Positions 26,604-35,628 of a DNA stretch of 36,171 nucleotides are shown piece after piece (position 1 is the first letter of the stretch; every line of letters starts with the position of its first letter). The stretch spans positions 1 through 36,171 of the forward strand of contig CALDMR010000123.1 in NCBI GenBank assembly GCA_937915065.1, written 5' to 3'. This DNA is from an uncultured Clostridia bacterium. GTDB lineage: Bacteria > Bacillota > Clostridia > Oscillospirales > Oscillospiraceae. A program made the position numbers and the translations under genes. The notes under the pieces are model-generated. The model was not told where the DNA came from. It saw only the letters and a program-made list of their open reading frames with translations, and ran no database searches.

Positions 26604-28754
26604 ATGGAACTAACGCAAATTCTGGCTGAAGAGCTGAACCAGCCTTTACAGTATGTGGAAAATGTGGTGCGGCTCATTGATGAGGGCAACACCATTCCTT
26701 TTATTGCCCGCTACCGCAAGGAATTGCACGGAGCGATGGACGATACGACCCTGCGCGCCCTGGAGGATCGGCTGAACTATCTGCGGGGCCTGGCAAAGCG
26801 CCGCGAAGAGGTGAAAAACGCCATCGAAAATCAGGGGAAACTGACGGAAGAATTGTCCGCCGCCATTGACGGGGCAAAAACCCTGGCCGAGGTGGAGGAT
26901 CTGTACCGCCCCTATAAACAGAAGCGCCGCACCCGCGCCACCATGGCCCGGGAAAAGGGGCTGGAGCCCCTGGCGGCGTTGCTGCTGGCCCAGGAGAAGG
27001 ACTGCCCTCCGCCGGAAACGGCGGCTGCGGCCTTCGTGAATGAAGAAAAGGGCGTGGAAACGGTGGAAGATGCCCTGCAGGGCGCTAATGATATCATTGC
27101 CGAGCAGATCGCAGACGATGCGGCCATCCGCAAAACGCTGCGGGAGCTGATCTGGAAACGGGGCGAGCTGGTGTCGAAAGCCACCGGCGAGGAAGATTCC
27201 GTCTATCGCCTGTATTATGAGTTCTCCCAGCCCATTTCCCGGATGCAGGGCCACCAGGTGCTGGCGATCAACCGGGGCGAACGGGAGGAAAAACTGAAAG
27301 CGGCGGTGGCGATGAATCGGGAATTGGCGCTGCCTCTGCTGCGGCGGGCGGTGGTGCGCCCCGGCTCTGCGGCCATGGAATTTGTCAAAGCCGCGGCGGA
27401 GGACGCCTATGACCGGCTGCTGTATCCTTCGCTGGAGCGGGAAGTGCGCAATCTGCTGACGGAGCAGGCCGGCGAGGGGGCCATTCAGAACTTTGCGCTG
27501 AATCTGCGGCCGCTGCTGATGCAGCCGCCGGTGAAGGGGAAGGTTACCATGGGCCTGGATCCCGGCTACCGCAACGGCTGCAAGGTGGCGGTGGTAGACG
27601 GCACCGGCAAGGTGCTGGATACCACTGTGGTGTATCCGACATACGGCGAACGGCAGAAAAAGGAGGCCATCGAAAAACTTTCCCGCCTGATCGAGAAAGA
27701 CGGGGTGGAGCATCTGGCCATCGGCAACGGCACCGCCAGCCGGGAAACGGAGCAGATGGCTGTGGAGCTGATCCGGCCCTTTGGCGGCAAAGTCAGCTAT
27801 ATGATCGTCAATGAAGCGGGAGCATCGGTTTATTCCGCCTCCGAACTGGCGGCGGAAGAGTTCCCGGAATATGACGTCAATCTGCGCTCGGCTGTGTCCA
27901 TTGCCCGCCGCCTGCAGGATCCGCTGGCGGAGCTGGTGAAGATCGACCCCAAGGCCATCGGTGTGGGGCAGTATCAGCATGACTGTCCCCAGGCCTGCTT
28001 GAACGAAGCGCTGGACGGCGTGGTGGAGGACTGCGTGAATGCGGTGGGAGTAGATCTGAACACTGCCAGTGCGCCCCTGCTGCGGCGGGTGGCGGGACTG
28101 AATGCCACCACAGCAAAAAATATTGTCAAATACCGGGAGGAAAACGGTGCATTCACCGCCCGCAAACAGGGGCTGAAAGTGCCCAAACTGGGCCCCAAAG
28201 CCTATGAGCAGTGCGCGGGCTTCCTGCGGGTCAGCGAAAGCGGGAATGTGCTGGACAATACGGGCGTCCATCCGGAGTCCTACGGCGCGGCGGAAAAGCT
28301 GCTGGAGCTGTGCGGGTATACCATGGCAGACGTTAAAGGGGGCAGCCTGGGGGACTTGGGCCGGAAAGTGGATGCTCTGGGGGTGGAAACTGTGGCGCAG
28401 CAGTGCGGCGTGGGTGTGCCCACGCTGCGGGATATTGTGGCCGAACTGCGCAAGCCCGGCCGCGATCCCCGGGACGAGCTGCCCAAGCCCATCCTGCGCA
28501 CGGACGTTCTGTCGGTGTCCGGTTTGAAACCGGGCATGGAGCTGACGGGCACGGTACGCAATGTGATTGATTTCGGCGCCTTTGTGGATATCGGCGTCCA
28601 TCAGGACGGCCTGGTTCACATCTCCCAGATCTGCGACAAATTCATCCGGCATCCGTCGGAAAAGGTGGCCGTGGGAGATGTGGTCACAGTCTGGGTGCTG
28701 GAAGTGGATGAGAAGAAAAAACGCATTGGCCTGACGATGAAAAAGCCTTCTTAA
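26604..28754 (+). CDS. tex: Tex family RNA-binding transcription accessory protein
   Basis: GNTIPFIARYRKE, DPGYRNGCK, NEAGASVYSAS, IGVGQYQHD, HhH region, C-terminal S1 (FGAFVDIGVHQDGLVHIS). Confidence 0.96.
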   Translation: MELTQILAEELNQPLQYVENVVRLIDEGNTIPFIARYRKELHGAMDDTTLRALEDRLNYLRGLAKRREEVKNAIENQGKLTEELSAAIDGAKTLAEVEDLYRPYKQKRRTRATMAREKGLEPLAALLLAQEKDCPPPETAAAAFVNEEKGVETVEDALQGANDIIAEQIADDAAIRKTLRELIWKRGELVSKATGEEDSVYRLYYEFSQPISRMQGHQVLAINRGEREEKLKAAVAMNRELALPLLRRAVVRPGSAAMEFVKAAAEDAYDRLLYPSLEREVRNLLTEQAGEGAIQNFALNLRPLLMQPPVKGKVTMGLDPGYRNGCKVAVVDGTGKVLDTTVVYPTYGERQKKEAIEKLSRLIEKDGVEHLAIGNGTASRETEQMAVELIRPFGGKVSYMIVNEAGASVYSASELAAEEFPEYDVNLRSAVSIARRLQDPLAELVKIDPKAIGVGQYQHDCPQACLNEALDGVVEDCVNAVGVDLNTASAPLLRRVAGLNATTAKNIVKYREENGAFTARKQGLKVPKLGPKAYEQCAGFLRVSESGNVLDNTGVHPESYGAAEKLLELCGYTMADVKGGSLGDLGRKVDALGVETVAQQCGVGVPTLRDIVAELRKPGRDPRDELPKPILRTDVLSVSGLKPGMELTGTVRNVIDFGAFVDIGVHQDGLVHISQICDKFIRHPSEKVAVGDVVTVWVLEVDEKKKRIGLTMKKPS

Positions 28755-28775
28755 AGAACCGGGGAGGGAAGCATT

Positions 28776-29171
28776 GTGATACTGTCCTTTGACGAGGTAG
28801 GAGCGCTTTTGGATGAAATGGCGGAGGAGTTTCCGCCGGTGTTTTACCGGGAGCTGAACGGCGGCATTTCCCTGCTGCCCGAGGCGGTGGAGGATCCGGA
28901 ATTTCCGCCGGGCGAGATCTATATTATGGGCGAATACTGCAATGACCAGATGGGCCTGTATATCAACCTGTACTACGGCTCCTTTGCCGCGCTGGCGGAA
29001 AAGGAAAACTGGGGCCGGGAGGACTGGGAGGATGAGCTGTATACCACGCTGGCCCATGAATTCACCCATCATATTGAAGGCCTGGCCCTGGAGGGCGGCC
29101 TGGACCGGAAGGATGAGGCGGAGCTGGCGGAATTTCGGGCTTACTACAAGGAAAAATATCCGGAACAATGA
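28776..29171 (+). CDS. Zincin-like metallopeptidase family protein
   Basis: GTG start with SD; acidic 131 aa; TLAHEFTHHIE (HExxH). Confidence 0.78.
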   Translation: MILSFDEVGALLDEMAEEFPPVFYRELNGGISLLPEAVEDPEFPPGEIYIMGEYCNDQMGLYINLYYGSFAALAEKENWGREDWEDELYTTLAHEFTHHIEGLALEGGLDRKDEAELAEFRAYYKEKYPEQ

Positions 29172-29179
29172 GCCGCTTC

Positions 29180-29210
29180 AAAAAGAGCACTGCTGGGCAG
29201 TGCTCTTTTT
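29180..29210 (+). terminator. Intrinsic terminator
   Basis: AAAAAGAGCACTGC-tgg-GCAGTGCTCTTTTT. Confidence 0.85.
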
Positions 29211-29241
29211 ATCTGATATAATATCAAGTTTTTGCGATAAA

Positions 29242-29283
29242 AAGTAAAATATAGTTGACTTATTGGAAACACGGTGGTATGCT
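29242..29283 (+). promoter_or_regulatory. sigmaA promoter of the XRE operon with overlapping inverted repeat
   Basis: TTGACT (29255), 17 bp spacer, TATGCT (29278) with TG; AAGTAAA-atatag-TTGACTT imperfect palindrome over the -35. Confidence 0.6.
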
Positions 29284-29301
29284 GAAACCGAGGTGAGGAG
29301 G

Positions 29302-29508
29302 ATGGGAAAGAATTTGAAAATCAAAGCGGCCCGGGCCGAACGGGATCTGACGCAGAAAGAACTGGCCGAGGCCGTGGGCGTGTCGCGCCAGACCATCAAC
29401 GCCATTGAAAAGGGTGAATACAATCCCACCATCAACTTGTGCCGCGCCATTTGCCGCGTGCTGGGAAAAACATTGGACGATCTGTTTTGGGAGGTTGAGG
29501 AAGGATGA
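29302..29508 (+). CDS. XRE-family HTH transcriptional regulator (68 aa)
   Basis: SD GAGGAGG, ATG 29302; LTQKELAEAVGVSRQTINAIEKGEYNP. Confidence 0.92.
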   Translation: MGKNLKIKAARAERDLTQKELAEAVGVSRQTINAIEKGEYNPTINLCRAICRVLGKTLDDLFWEVEEG

Positions 29509-29981
29509 AATTATTCGATCACCTGGAGAAAAACCAGCTGGATGAAATGCAGGAGCGCACCATGCTCAGAATCGAGCGCAACGGCTGCTGGCTGGCGTTC
29601 TGGGGGCTGCTGGCCCTGTTCATGATCCAGATGCTGTGCTTTGGCTATGACTGGAAGGTGTTTGGCGGAGAATTTCTGCTGCTGATGGTGATGGCGGCTT
29701 ATCTGACCGTTTCCACCTGCCGGGCAGGGCTGTGGAGCCGGAGAACGCAGCCCTCGGTGAAAACCAATGTGCTGTCCGCTTTGTGCAGCGGCGTGGTGGT
29801 GTTTGCTTTTTTGTGGCTTCTGTTTGCCCTGCGGTACGAACGCCCGCTGACGGGACTGCTCATGGGGGCGGCCGGCGCCGCGGTCAGCTTTGGGCTGACT
29901 TTGCTCCTGCTGCAGATCTCCATGAAAGAATACTGCAAGCGGCGGAAAGAATTGGATGACGGCGACGAGCCGGAAGCATAA
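29505..29981 (+). CDS. Four-TM membrane protein (DUF6773-like)
   Basis: ATGA overlap with the XRE gene; LDEMQE...IE motif then four hydrophobic helices. Confidence 0.75.
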   Translation: MKLFDHLEKNQLDEMQERTMLRIERNGCWLAFWGLLALFMIQMLCFGYDWKVFGGEFLLLMVMAAYLTVSTCRAGLWSRRTQPSVKTNVLSALCSGVVVFAFLWLLFALRYERPLTGLLMGAAGAAVSFGLTLLLLQISMKEYCKRRKELDDGDEPEA

Positions 29982-30010
29982 GGGATTTTGCAACGGCGGA
30001 AAATGTATGG

Positions 30011-30048
30011 TGCACCGCGCGGCCAAGGGCTGCGCGGTGCAAAATTTT
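30011..30048 (+). terminator. Hairpin, probable terminator
   Basis: TGCACCGCGCGGCC-aag-GGCTGCGCGGTGCA. Confidence 0.55.
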
Positions 30049-30148
30049 ACCATGACCGGATTTTGGATGGTTCTGCATATCCTGGCTGCAGCGGCAAACA
30101 ATAACTACCACAAAGCGCAAAAGATTCAAATTGCGGGAGGTTATTGAA

Positions 30149-31132
30149 GTGAAACAGAACAAACTGCACCCTCGATGGGCAATGCTGCCGGCCCTGGCGC
30201 TGGCATTTTCCCTGGTAGTGCTGCCGGTTCAGGCGGCCCAGGAGGGCGGAGACAGTGCTGATGAACTGGTGGTCATGCCCATTGCAGAAAATCAAAGCTG
30301 CTATACCTATGCGGATGTACAGATGCAGGGGCAGCTTCGGGCGGCGGATCCGGATGGGGGAAAGCTGACCTTCGAGGTGGTGGAGCAGCCGAAAAAGGGA
30401 ACGGTTATGCTGAACCGGGATGATACGGCCCAATTTGTGTATACGCCCAGGGGCGGAAAAACCGGCCAGGATGCCTTTACGTTCTGTGCAAAGGATGAAG
30501 ACGGCAACGTGTCGGATCCGGCCACGGTCAAGATCGAGATCCTGAAAAACAAAAGCGGCGTCCGCTATGCCGATCTGAAAGACCACGCCGCCGAGACCGC
30601 AGCCATCCGTTTGGCGGAAGCGGGGGTGTGCACCGGACGCCGGGTGGGCCAGGAATACTTTTTTGACCCCAATGAGGCCGTCAGCCGCAGCGAATTTTTG
30701 GCTATGGCCATGACGGCCGCGGGGATCGACCCGTCCCGCCAGGTCAGCGTGACGGGGTTCAGTGATGATTCCTCCATTCCCGCGTGGGCCAAGTCTTACG
30801 CCTCAGAAGCCCTGCACCAGGGACTGATCACCGGGAAATTGGATCATGACCGGGTGGTATTTTCCGCCGGAGAGCCGATCACTTACAGCGAGGCGGCGGT
30901 GATCCTGAATCGGGTCATGGCGGTCACGGATGTGGATGCGGAAGCCTTTGCCGGAGAGAATGTGCCCGCCTGGGCGGTGCAGTCCGTGGCGAACCTGTCT
31001 TCTGTGGATCTGCTGGGCAGCGGCACGGACTGCAGCACCCGGCTGAACCGGGCGGCTGCGGCGCAGCTACTTTGCTCGGCCATGGATCTGATGGAAGAAT
31101 CAAAGGGCGGTCTCTTTGGCTGGCTGCAATAA
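30149..31132 (+). CDS. Secreted Ig/cadherin-like (Big_9-type) plus SLH domain protein
   Basis: SD GGGAGG, GTG 30149; signal peptide ending VQA; DPDGGKLTF...PKKGTV...FVYTP...DAFTF; SLH-like repeats (FDPNEAVSRSEF, FSDDSSIPAWA, ITYSEAA, LNRAAAA). Confidence 0.8.
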   Translation: MKQNKLHPRWAMLPALALAFSLVVLPVQAAQEGGDSADELVVMPIAENQSCYTYADVQMQGQLRAADPDGGKLTFEVVEQPKKGTVMLNRDDTAQFVYTPRGGKTGQDAFTFCAKDEDGNVSDPATVKIEILKNKSGVRYADLKDHAAETAAIRLAEAGVCTGRRVGQEYFFDPNEAVSRSEFLAMAMTAAGIDPSRQVSVTGFSDDSSIPAWAKSYASEALHQGLITGKLDHDRVVFSAGEPITYSEAAVILNRVMAVTDVDAEAFAGENVPAWAVQSVANLSSVDLLGSGTDCSTRLNRAAAAQLLCSAMDLMEESKGGLFGWLQ

Positions 31133-31147
31133 AAAATGCAAAAGCAC

Positions 31148-31180
31148 GAAAAAGAGGGGGAGAAATTCCCCCTCTTTTTC
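31148..31180 (+). terminator. Intrinsic terminator
   Basis: GAAAAAGAGGGGGA-gaaat-TCCCCCTCTTTTTC. Confidence 0.85.
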
Positions 31181-31192
31181 ATATAGATAGAA

Positions 31193-31221
31193 TTGTATCG
31201 CACCATAGATCGTGCTATAAT
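31193..31221 (+). promoter_or_regulatory. sigmaA promoter of the ddl-murF operon
   Basis: TTGTAT, 17 bp spacer, TATAAT with extended -10 TG. Confidence 0.7.
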
Positions 31222-31291
31222 ATACTCTGTATCCGTATGATTGAAAGCTGCAACGCTTTTTGAATTTTTTGGGCTTTTGGAGGCTGTTTAT

Positions 31292-32344
31292 ATGAAAATA
31301 GCGGTTTTGGCGGGCGGTTTGAGCACCGAACGCAATATTTCTTTCCTTTCCGGCAGCAATGTGTGCAAAGCGCTGCGGGAGCGGGGCCACCGGGCGGCCA
31401 TTGTGGATCTGTATATGGGTTTTGAGCGGGTGGATGCGGTGCCCGAAGAAGCCTTTGACGCGCCGGACGGCTTGCTGGGCACGATCCCGGTGACCCGGGA
31501 GGAGCCGGATCTGGAAGCCATCCGCAAAGGCCGCGCCGATCAGAGTCCCAGCATTTTCGGCCCCGGCGTGCTGGAGTTCTGCCGGGCCGCGGATGTGGTG
31601 TTCCTGGCGCTGCACGGCCAGTGCGGCGAGGACGGCCGCGTGCAGGCGGCCTTTGATCTGCTGGGTATTCCCTACACCGGCGCGGGTTATGTCAGCTCTG
31701 CCATGGCAATGGATAAGGCCATTACCAAGGTGGTGATGGAGTCCGCCGGGATCCTGACGCCGCGCTGGCAGGAGTTTACATATGGGCGGGAAGATATTCC
31801 CGCCGTCTGCGCGCAGGTGACCTGCCCCTGCGTGGTGAAAGTGGTCACCGGCGGCTCTTCCCTGGGCGTGCAGGTGGTGGATGCGCAGGAAGATCTGGCG
31901 GAGGCCCTGGAGCGGTGCCTGGAGTACGGCAGCCATGTGGTGGTCGAAGAAAAGATCACAGGCCGGGAATTGACCTGCGGCGTGCTGGGCGAGCGCTATT
32001 TGCCTGCGGTGGAGATCCTGCCCGACGATGCGGGCTATGATTATAACAATAAGTACAACGGGCAGACAAAGGAACTCTGCCCCGCCCCCATTACAGAGGC
32101 GGAACAGAAACTGCTGGGGGAGACGACCCTCAAGCTGTACCATGCGCTGGGGCTGTCCGTATATTCCCGGGCGGACTTCCTGCTGACGGAGGATGGCCGG
32201 GCCTATTGCCTGGAGATCAACACGCTGCCGGGGATGACGCCCACCAGCTTGATTCCCCAGGAGGCCGCTGCCGTGGGCATTTCTTACGGCGAATTGTGCG
32301 AGGAGATCATTGCATTGTCCCTGCGGGAGAGAGGCGTGAAGTAA
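31292..32344 (+). CDS. ddl: D-alanine--D-alanine ligase
   Basis: SD GGAGG, ATG 31292; GGLSTER, LHGQCGEDG, GSSLGV, YDYNNKY, LEINTLPGMT. Confidence 0.95.
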   Translation: MKIAVLAGGLSTERNISFLSGSNVCKALRERGHRAAIVDLYMGFERVDAVPEEAFDAPDGLLGTIPVTREEPDLEAIRKGRADQSPSIFGPGVLEFCRAADVVFLALHGQCGEDGRVQAAFDLLGIPYTGAGYVSSAMAMDKAITKVVMESAGILTPRWQEFTYGREDIPAVCAQVTCPCVVKVVTGGSSLGVQVVDAQEDLAEALERCLEYGSHVVVEEKITGRELTCGVLGERYLPAVEILPDDAGYDYNNKYNGQTKELCPAPITEAEQKLLGETTLKLYHALGLSVYSRADFLLTEDGRAYCLEINTLPGMTPTSLIPQEAAAVGISYGELCEEIIALSLRERGVK

Positions 32345-32345
32345 A

Positions 32346-33716
32346 GTGCTGGAAACAACAGTTCAGGAATTGTTAGAAGCCACTGGCGGTACGCTGCTGG
32401 CAGGGGCGCTGGATCGGAAGGTCAGCGGCGTGGAAACAGACAGCCGCGCCTGCGGCGCGGGTATGCTTTTTGTGCCCCTGATCGCCGCCCGGGACGGCCA
32501 TGATTTCATGGAAAAGGCGCTGTCTGCCGGGGCGGCGGGAACCCTGTGCTCCCGCGAGCCGGAGCAGTTCCTGCCGGATAAGTTTTATATCCGGGTGGCG
32601 GACACCCGCCTGGCGCTGAAGGCGCTGGCGTCCTGGTACCGGGACCGGTTTGATCTGCAGGTGATCCAGATCACCGGCAGCGTGGGCAAAACCACCACCA
32701 AGGAAATGATCGCCGCCGTGCTTTCCGAGCACTACAATACGCTGAAAACCGACGGAAACTTTAACAACGATATCGGCGTGCCCAAAACCCTGTTCCGCCT
32801 GCTGCCGGAGCATGAGGCGGCGGTGGTGGAAACGGGGATGAACCATTTTGGCGAGATCCGCTACCTGGGCGAGATGGTGCGGCCGGATGTGGCGGTGATC
32901 AGCAATGTGGGGGACGCCCATATTGAAAACCTGGGCAGCCGTGAGGGGATCCTGCGGGCCAAAAGCGAGATTTTTGAACACCTGAAGGACACTGGTTTTG
33001 CGGTGCTGAACGGGGACGATGCGTTGCTGAACACGCTGCATCCGCCGGTGCCGGTTTACCGCTGTGGCGAGGGCGCGGACTGCAATGTGCGGGTGGAAGC
33101 GGTGGCCGACCGGGGCCTGGACGGGATTTCCTGCACCGTGCGGACGGAGCGGGAAACCTATGCTCTGGAGATCCCGGCCCCCGGACGCCATATGATTTAC
33201 AGCGCCGCCATGGCAACTGTCATCGGCGAGCAGCTGGGGCTGACGAAGGAAGAGATCGCGGCGGGTGTGGCCCATTATGAGCCGGCCGGGGAGCGGATGC
33301 GCCTGATCCGCCGCGGCGACGGGGCGCTGATCCTGTCTGACTGCTATAATGCCAATCCCCAATCCATGGCGGCAGCCATCCATACCCTGGCCCAAGCGGG
33401 CTGCGGCAAGACTGTGGCAGTGTTGGGCGATATGGGGGAACTGGGAGCACTTTCCCCCCAGGCCCACTATGATATGGGAGCATGCTGCGCGCAGGAGGGG
33501 ATCGGCACTGTGGTGGCCATTGGTGAGAAGGCCGCAAAGATCGCCGCCGGCGCCCGGGAACAGGGCTGCGCGGCAGTACACTGGTTTGCCGAAAAAGAGG
33601 AAGCCCTGGGCCTGCTCTCGGCCCTGGCAGGGCCGGATACGGCGGTGCTGGTCAAGGCCAGCCATGCCATGCAGTTTCAGACCATTGTGGCAGAACTGAC
33701 GGAAAAGAACGACTGA
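32346..33716 (+). CDS. murF: UDP-N-acetylmuramoyl-tripeptide--D-alanyl-D-alanine ligase
   Basis: TDSR, DGHDF, TGSVGKTTTKE, NFNNDIG, DCYNANPQS, LGDMGELG, LVKAS motifs. Confidence 0.95.
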   Translation: MLETTVQELLEATGGTLLAGALDRKVSGVETDSRACGAGMLFVPLIAARDGHDFMEKALSAGAAGTLCSREPEQFLPDKFYIRVADTRLALKALASWYRDRFDLQVIQITGSVGKTTTKEMIAAVLSEHYNTLKTDGNFNNDIGVPKTLFRLLPEHEAAVVETGMNHFGEIRYLGEMVRPDVAVISNVGDAHIENLGSREGILRAKSEIFEHLKDTGFAVLNGDDALLNTLHPPVPVYRCGEGADCNVRVEAVADRGLDGISCTVRTERETYALEIPAPGRHMIYSAAMATVIGEQLGLTKEEIAAGVAHYEPAGERMRLIRRGDGALILSDCYNANPQSMAAAIHTLAQAGCGKTVAVLGDMGELGALSPQAHYDMGACCAQEGIGTVVAIGEKAAKIAAGAREQGCAAVHWFAEKEEALGLLSALAGPDTAVLVKASHAMQFQTIVAELTEKND

Positions 33717-33732
33717 GAACTGGAGAATTCCC

Positions 33733-35625
33733 ATGATCGATATCAATATTTCAGGTTTGGTCAAATCTTTCGACCTGGAGAAAAATGTGCTGGACGGAAT
33801 CACCTTTCAGGTGGATTCCGGCGAGCGGGTGGGGCTGCTGGGCAAAAACGGCAGCGGCAAAAGCACCCTCTTCAAGATCCTCACCGGTGAAATCGATTAC
33901 GACGCCGGCGAGGTGATGATCGCCCCGGGGCGCCGTATCGGCTTGATTTCCCAGATCCCCGTGTATCCCGCCGGATACACGGTGGAGGATGTGCTGGAAA
34001 CGGCCTTTGACCGGGTGCACCGGCTGGAAGCGGAGCTGAAGGAACTGACGGTGCGGATGGAACAGGGGGATGCGGCGCCGGAAACCCTGCGCCGCTATGG
34101 TGAATTGTCCGCTGCCTTTGAAGGCATGGGCGGGTACAATACCCGCACGGAGATCAATAAGGTGGCAGCGGGCCTGTCGATTTCTCTGGAGATGCGCGGC
34201 CGGCTGTTTGATTCCCTTTCCGGCGGCGAAAAAACCCGGGTCAACCTGGGGCGGCTGATCCTGGAGGATACGGACATCCTGCTGCTGGACGAGCCTACAA
34301 ACCATCTGGATCTCCATGCGGTGGAGTGGCTGGAGGAGTATATTTCCCACTTCAAAGGCACGGTGCTGGCCATTTCCCATGACCGCTATTTTCTTGACCG
34401 CACAGTGGATCGGGTGGTGGAGATCCTAGACGGCAAGGCGGAATTTTATTCGGGCAATTATACCTTTTACGCAGAGGAAAAGGAGCGGCGCTATGAAGAG
34501 CGCCTGCGCCAATATGAAAAGAATCAGGCCAAGATCGAGCAACTGTCCGAAGCGGCGGAAAAGATGCGCCTGTGGGCCTTTCAGGGCAATGATAAGATGT
34601 ATAAGCGGGCCATTGTTATGGAGCGGCGCATTGAAAAGCTGAGCACCGTGGAAAAACCCACAAAGGAGCGCAATCTGACGGCGTCCTTTGGCGAACGGGA
34701 CTTTGCCGGAGACGAAGTGTTTTCCCTGCGGGATCTGTCTATGGGCTTTGACGGACGGACGCTGTTCTCCGGCGTGGATCTCAAGGTGCGCGGCGGCGAG
34801 CGTATCGCGCTGATTGGTGACAACGGCACGGGCAAATCCACCTTTTTAAAATTGCTGCTGGGCCAGGAGCAGCCCCTGGGCGGGCGTATCAAAACAGGCC
34901 CGGCGGTGAAAACGGCATATCTGCCCCAGATCGTGGATTTCCCCCATAAGGAGCGCAATCTGGTGGATACCATGATTTATGAAACGGACTGCTCTGCTCA
35001 AACGGCCCGCAACCGCCTGGCGGCTTTCCGCTTCCGGGGGGAGGATGTGTTCAAAAGCGTGGCTGTGCTTTCCGGCGGCGAGCTGAGCCGGCTGAAGCTG
35101 TGCATTTTGATGGACGAGGATGTGAACTTCCTGATCCTGGACGAACCGACAAACCATTTGGATATCGCATCCCGGGAGTGGATCGAGGGTGCGGTGGAAC
35201 AGTTTGGCGGAACGCTGCTGTTTGTGTCCCACGACCGCTATTTTATTAAGAAATTTGCCACCCGGATCTGGGAACTGGAAGAAGGATGCATCACTGATTA
35301 TCCTTATGGCTTTGAGCGTTACCGCGCGGTGAAAGCCCAGCGGGAAAAGGATAAGGCCCCCGGGCCGGAGCCGGTGAAAAAAGCGAAGAAACCGGCGGCG
35401 AAAGGAAACCGGAACCAGAACAACGCCCGCAAGCAGATGACCATTTGCGAGCGGGAGATTTCCCGCACCGAAGAGAAAATGCAGGAGCTGGATGCAGCCA
35501 TGGCGGAAAATGCCTGCGATTATGAAAAACTCTCCCAGCTGTGCCAGGACAAGGAAGCGCTGCAGCAGCAGTTGGATGCGCTGTATGAACAGTGGGAGCA
35601 TCTGGCGGAAGAGGCGGAGGGATAA
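33733..35625 (+). CDS. ABC-F family ATPase with C-terminal coiled coil
   Basis: Two NBDs (GKNGSGKS / GDNGTGKS; LSGGE; DEPTNHLD; SHDR), no TM segments. Confidence 0.93.
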   Translation: MIDINISGLVKSFDLEKNVLDGITFQVDSGERVGLLGKNGSGKSTLFKILTGEIDYDAGEVMIAPGRRIGLISQIPVYPAGYTVEDVLETAFDRVHRLEAELKELTVRMEQGDAAPETLRRYGELSAAFEGMGGYNTRTEINKVAAGLSISLEMRGRLFDSLSGGEKTRVNLGRLILEDTDILLLDEPTNHLDLHAVEWLEEYISHFKGTVLAISHDRYFLDRTVDRVVEILDGKAEFYSGNYTFYAEEKERRYEERLRQYEKNQAKIEQLSEAAEKMRLWAFQGNDKMYKRAIVMERRIEKLSTVEKPTKERNLTASFGERDFAGDEVFSLRDLSMGFDGRTLFSGVDLKVRGGERIALIGDNGTGKSTFLKLLLGQEQPLGGRIKTGPAVKTAYLPQIVDFPHKERNLVDTMIYETDCSAQTARNRLAAFRFRGEDVFKSVAVLSGGELSRLKLCILMDEDVNFLILDEPTNHLDIASREWIEGAVEQFGGTLLFVSHDRYFIKKFATRIWELEEGCITDYPYGFERYRAVKAQREKDKAPGPEPVKKAKKPAAKGNRNQNNARKQMTICEREISRTEEKMQELDAAMAENACDYEKLSQLCQDKEALQQQLDALYEQWEHLAEEAEG

Positions 35626-35628
35626 GAG

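Noticed and set aside
26646..29168. Long antisense ORFs (840 aa here; also 1873-3189, 4187-5638, 5446-6687, 16275-17600, 32373-33803, 34846-36153)
   Set aside because: Shadows of well-supported genes in GC-rich DNA; no motifs or SD sequences.
29302..29981. XRE pair as a toxin-antitoxin or phage repressor module
   Set aside because: The partner has no toxin motif and there is no mobile-element context.
31292..32344. Ddl as a vancomycin-resistance ligase
   Set aside because: The omega loop YDYNNKY keeps the Tyr typical of D-Ala-D-Ala ligases; housekeeping murF context; no vanH/X/R/S/T genes.
33733..35625. ABC-F as an antibiotic-resistance (ARE) gene
   Set aside because: Host-like codon usage, core operon context, no leader peptide or mobile element; subfamily cannot be assigned by eye.
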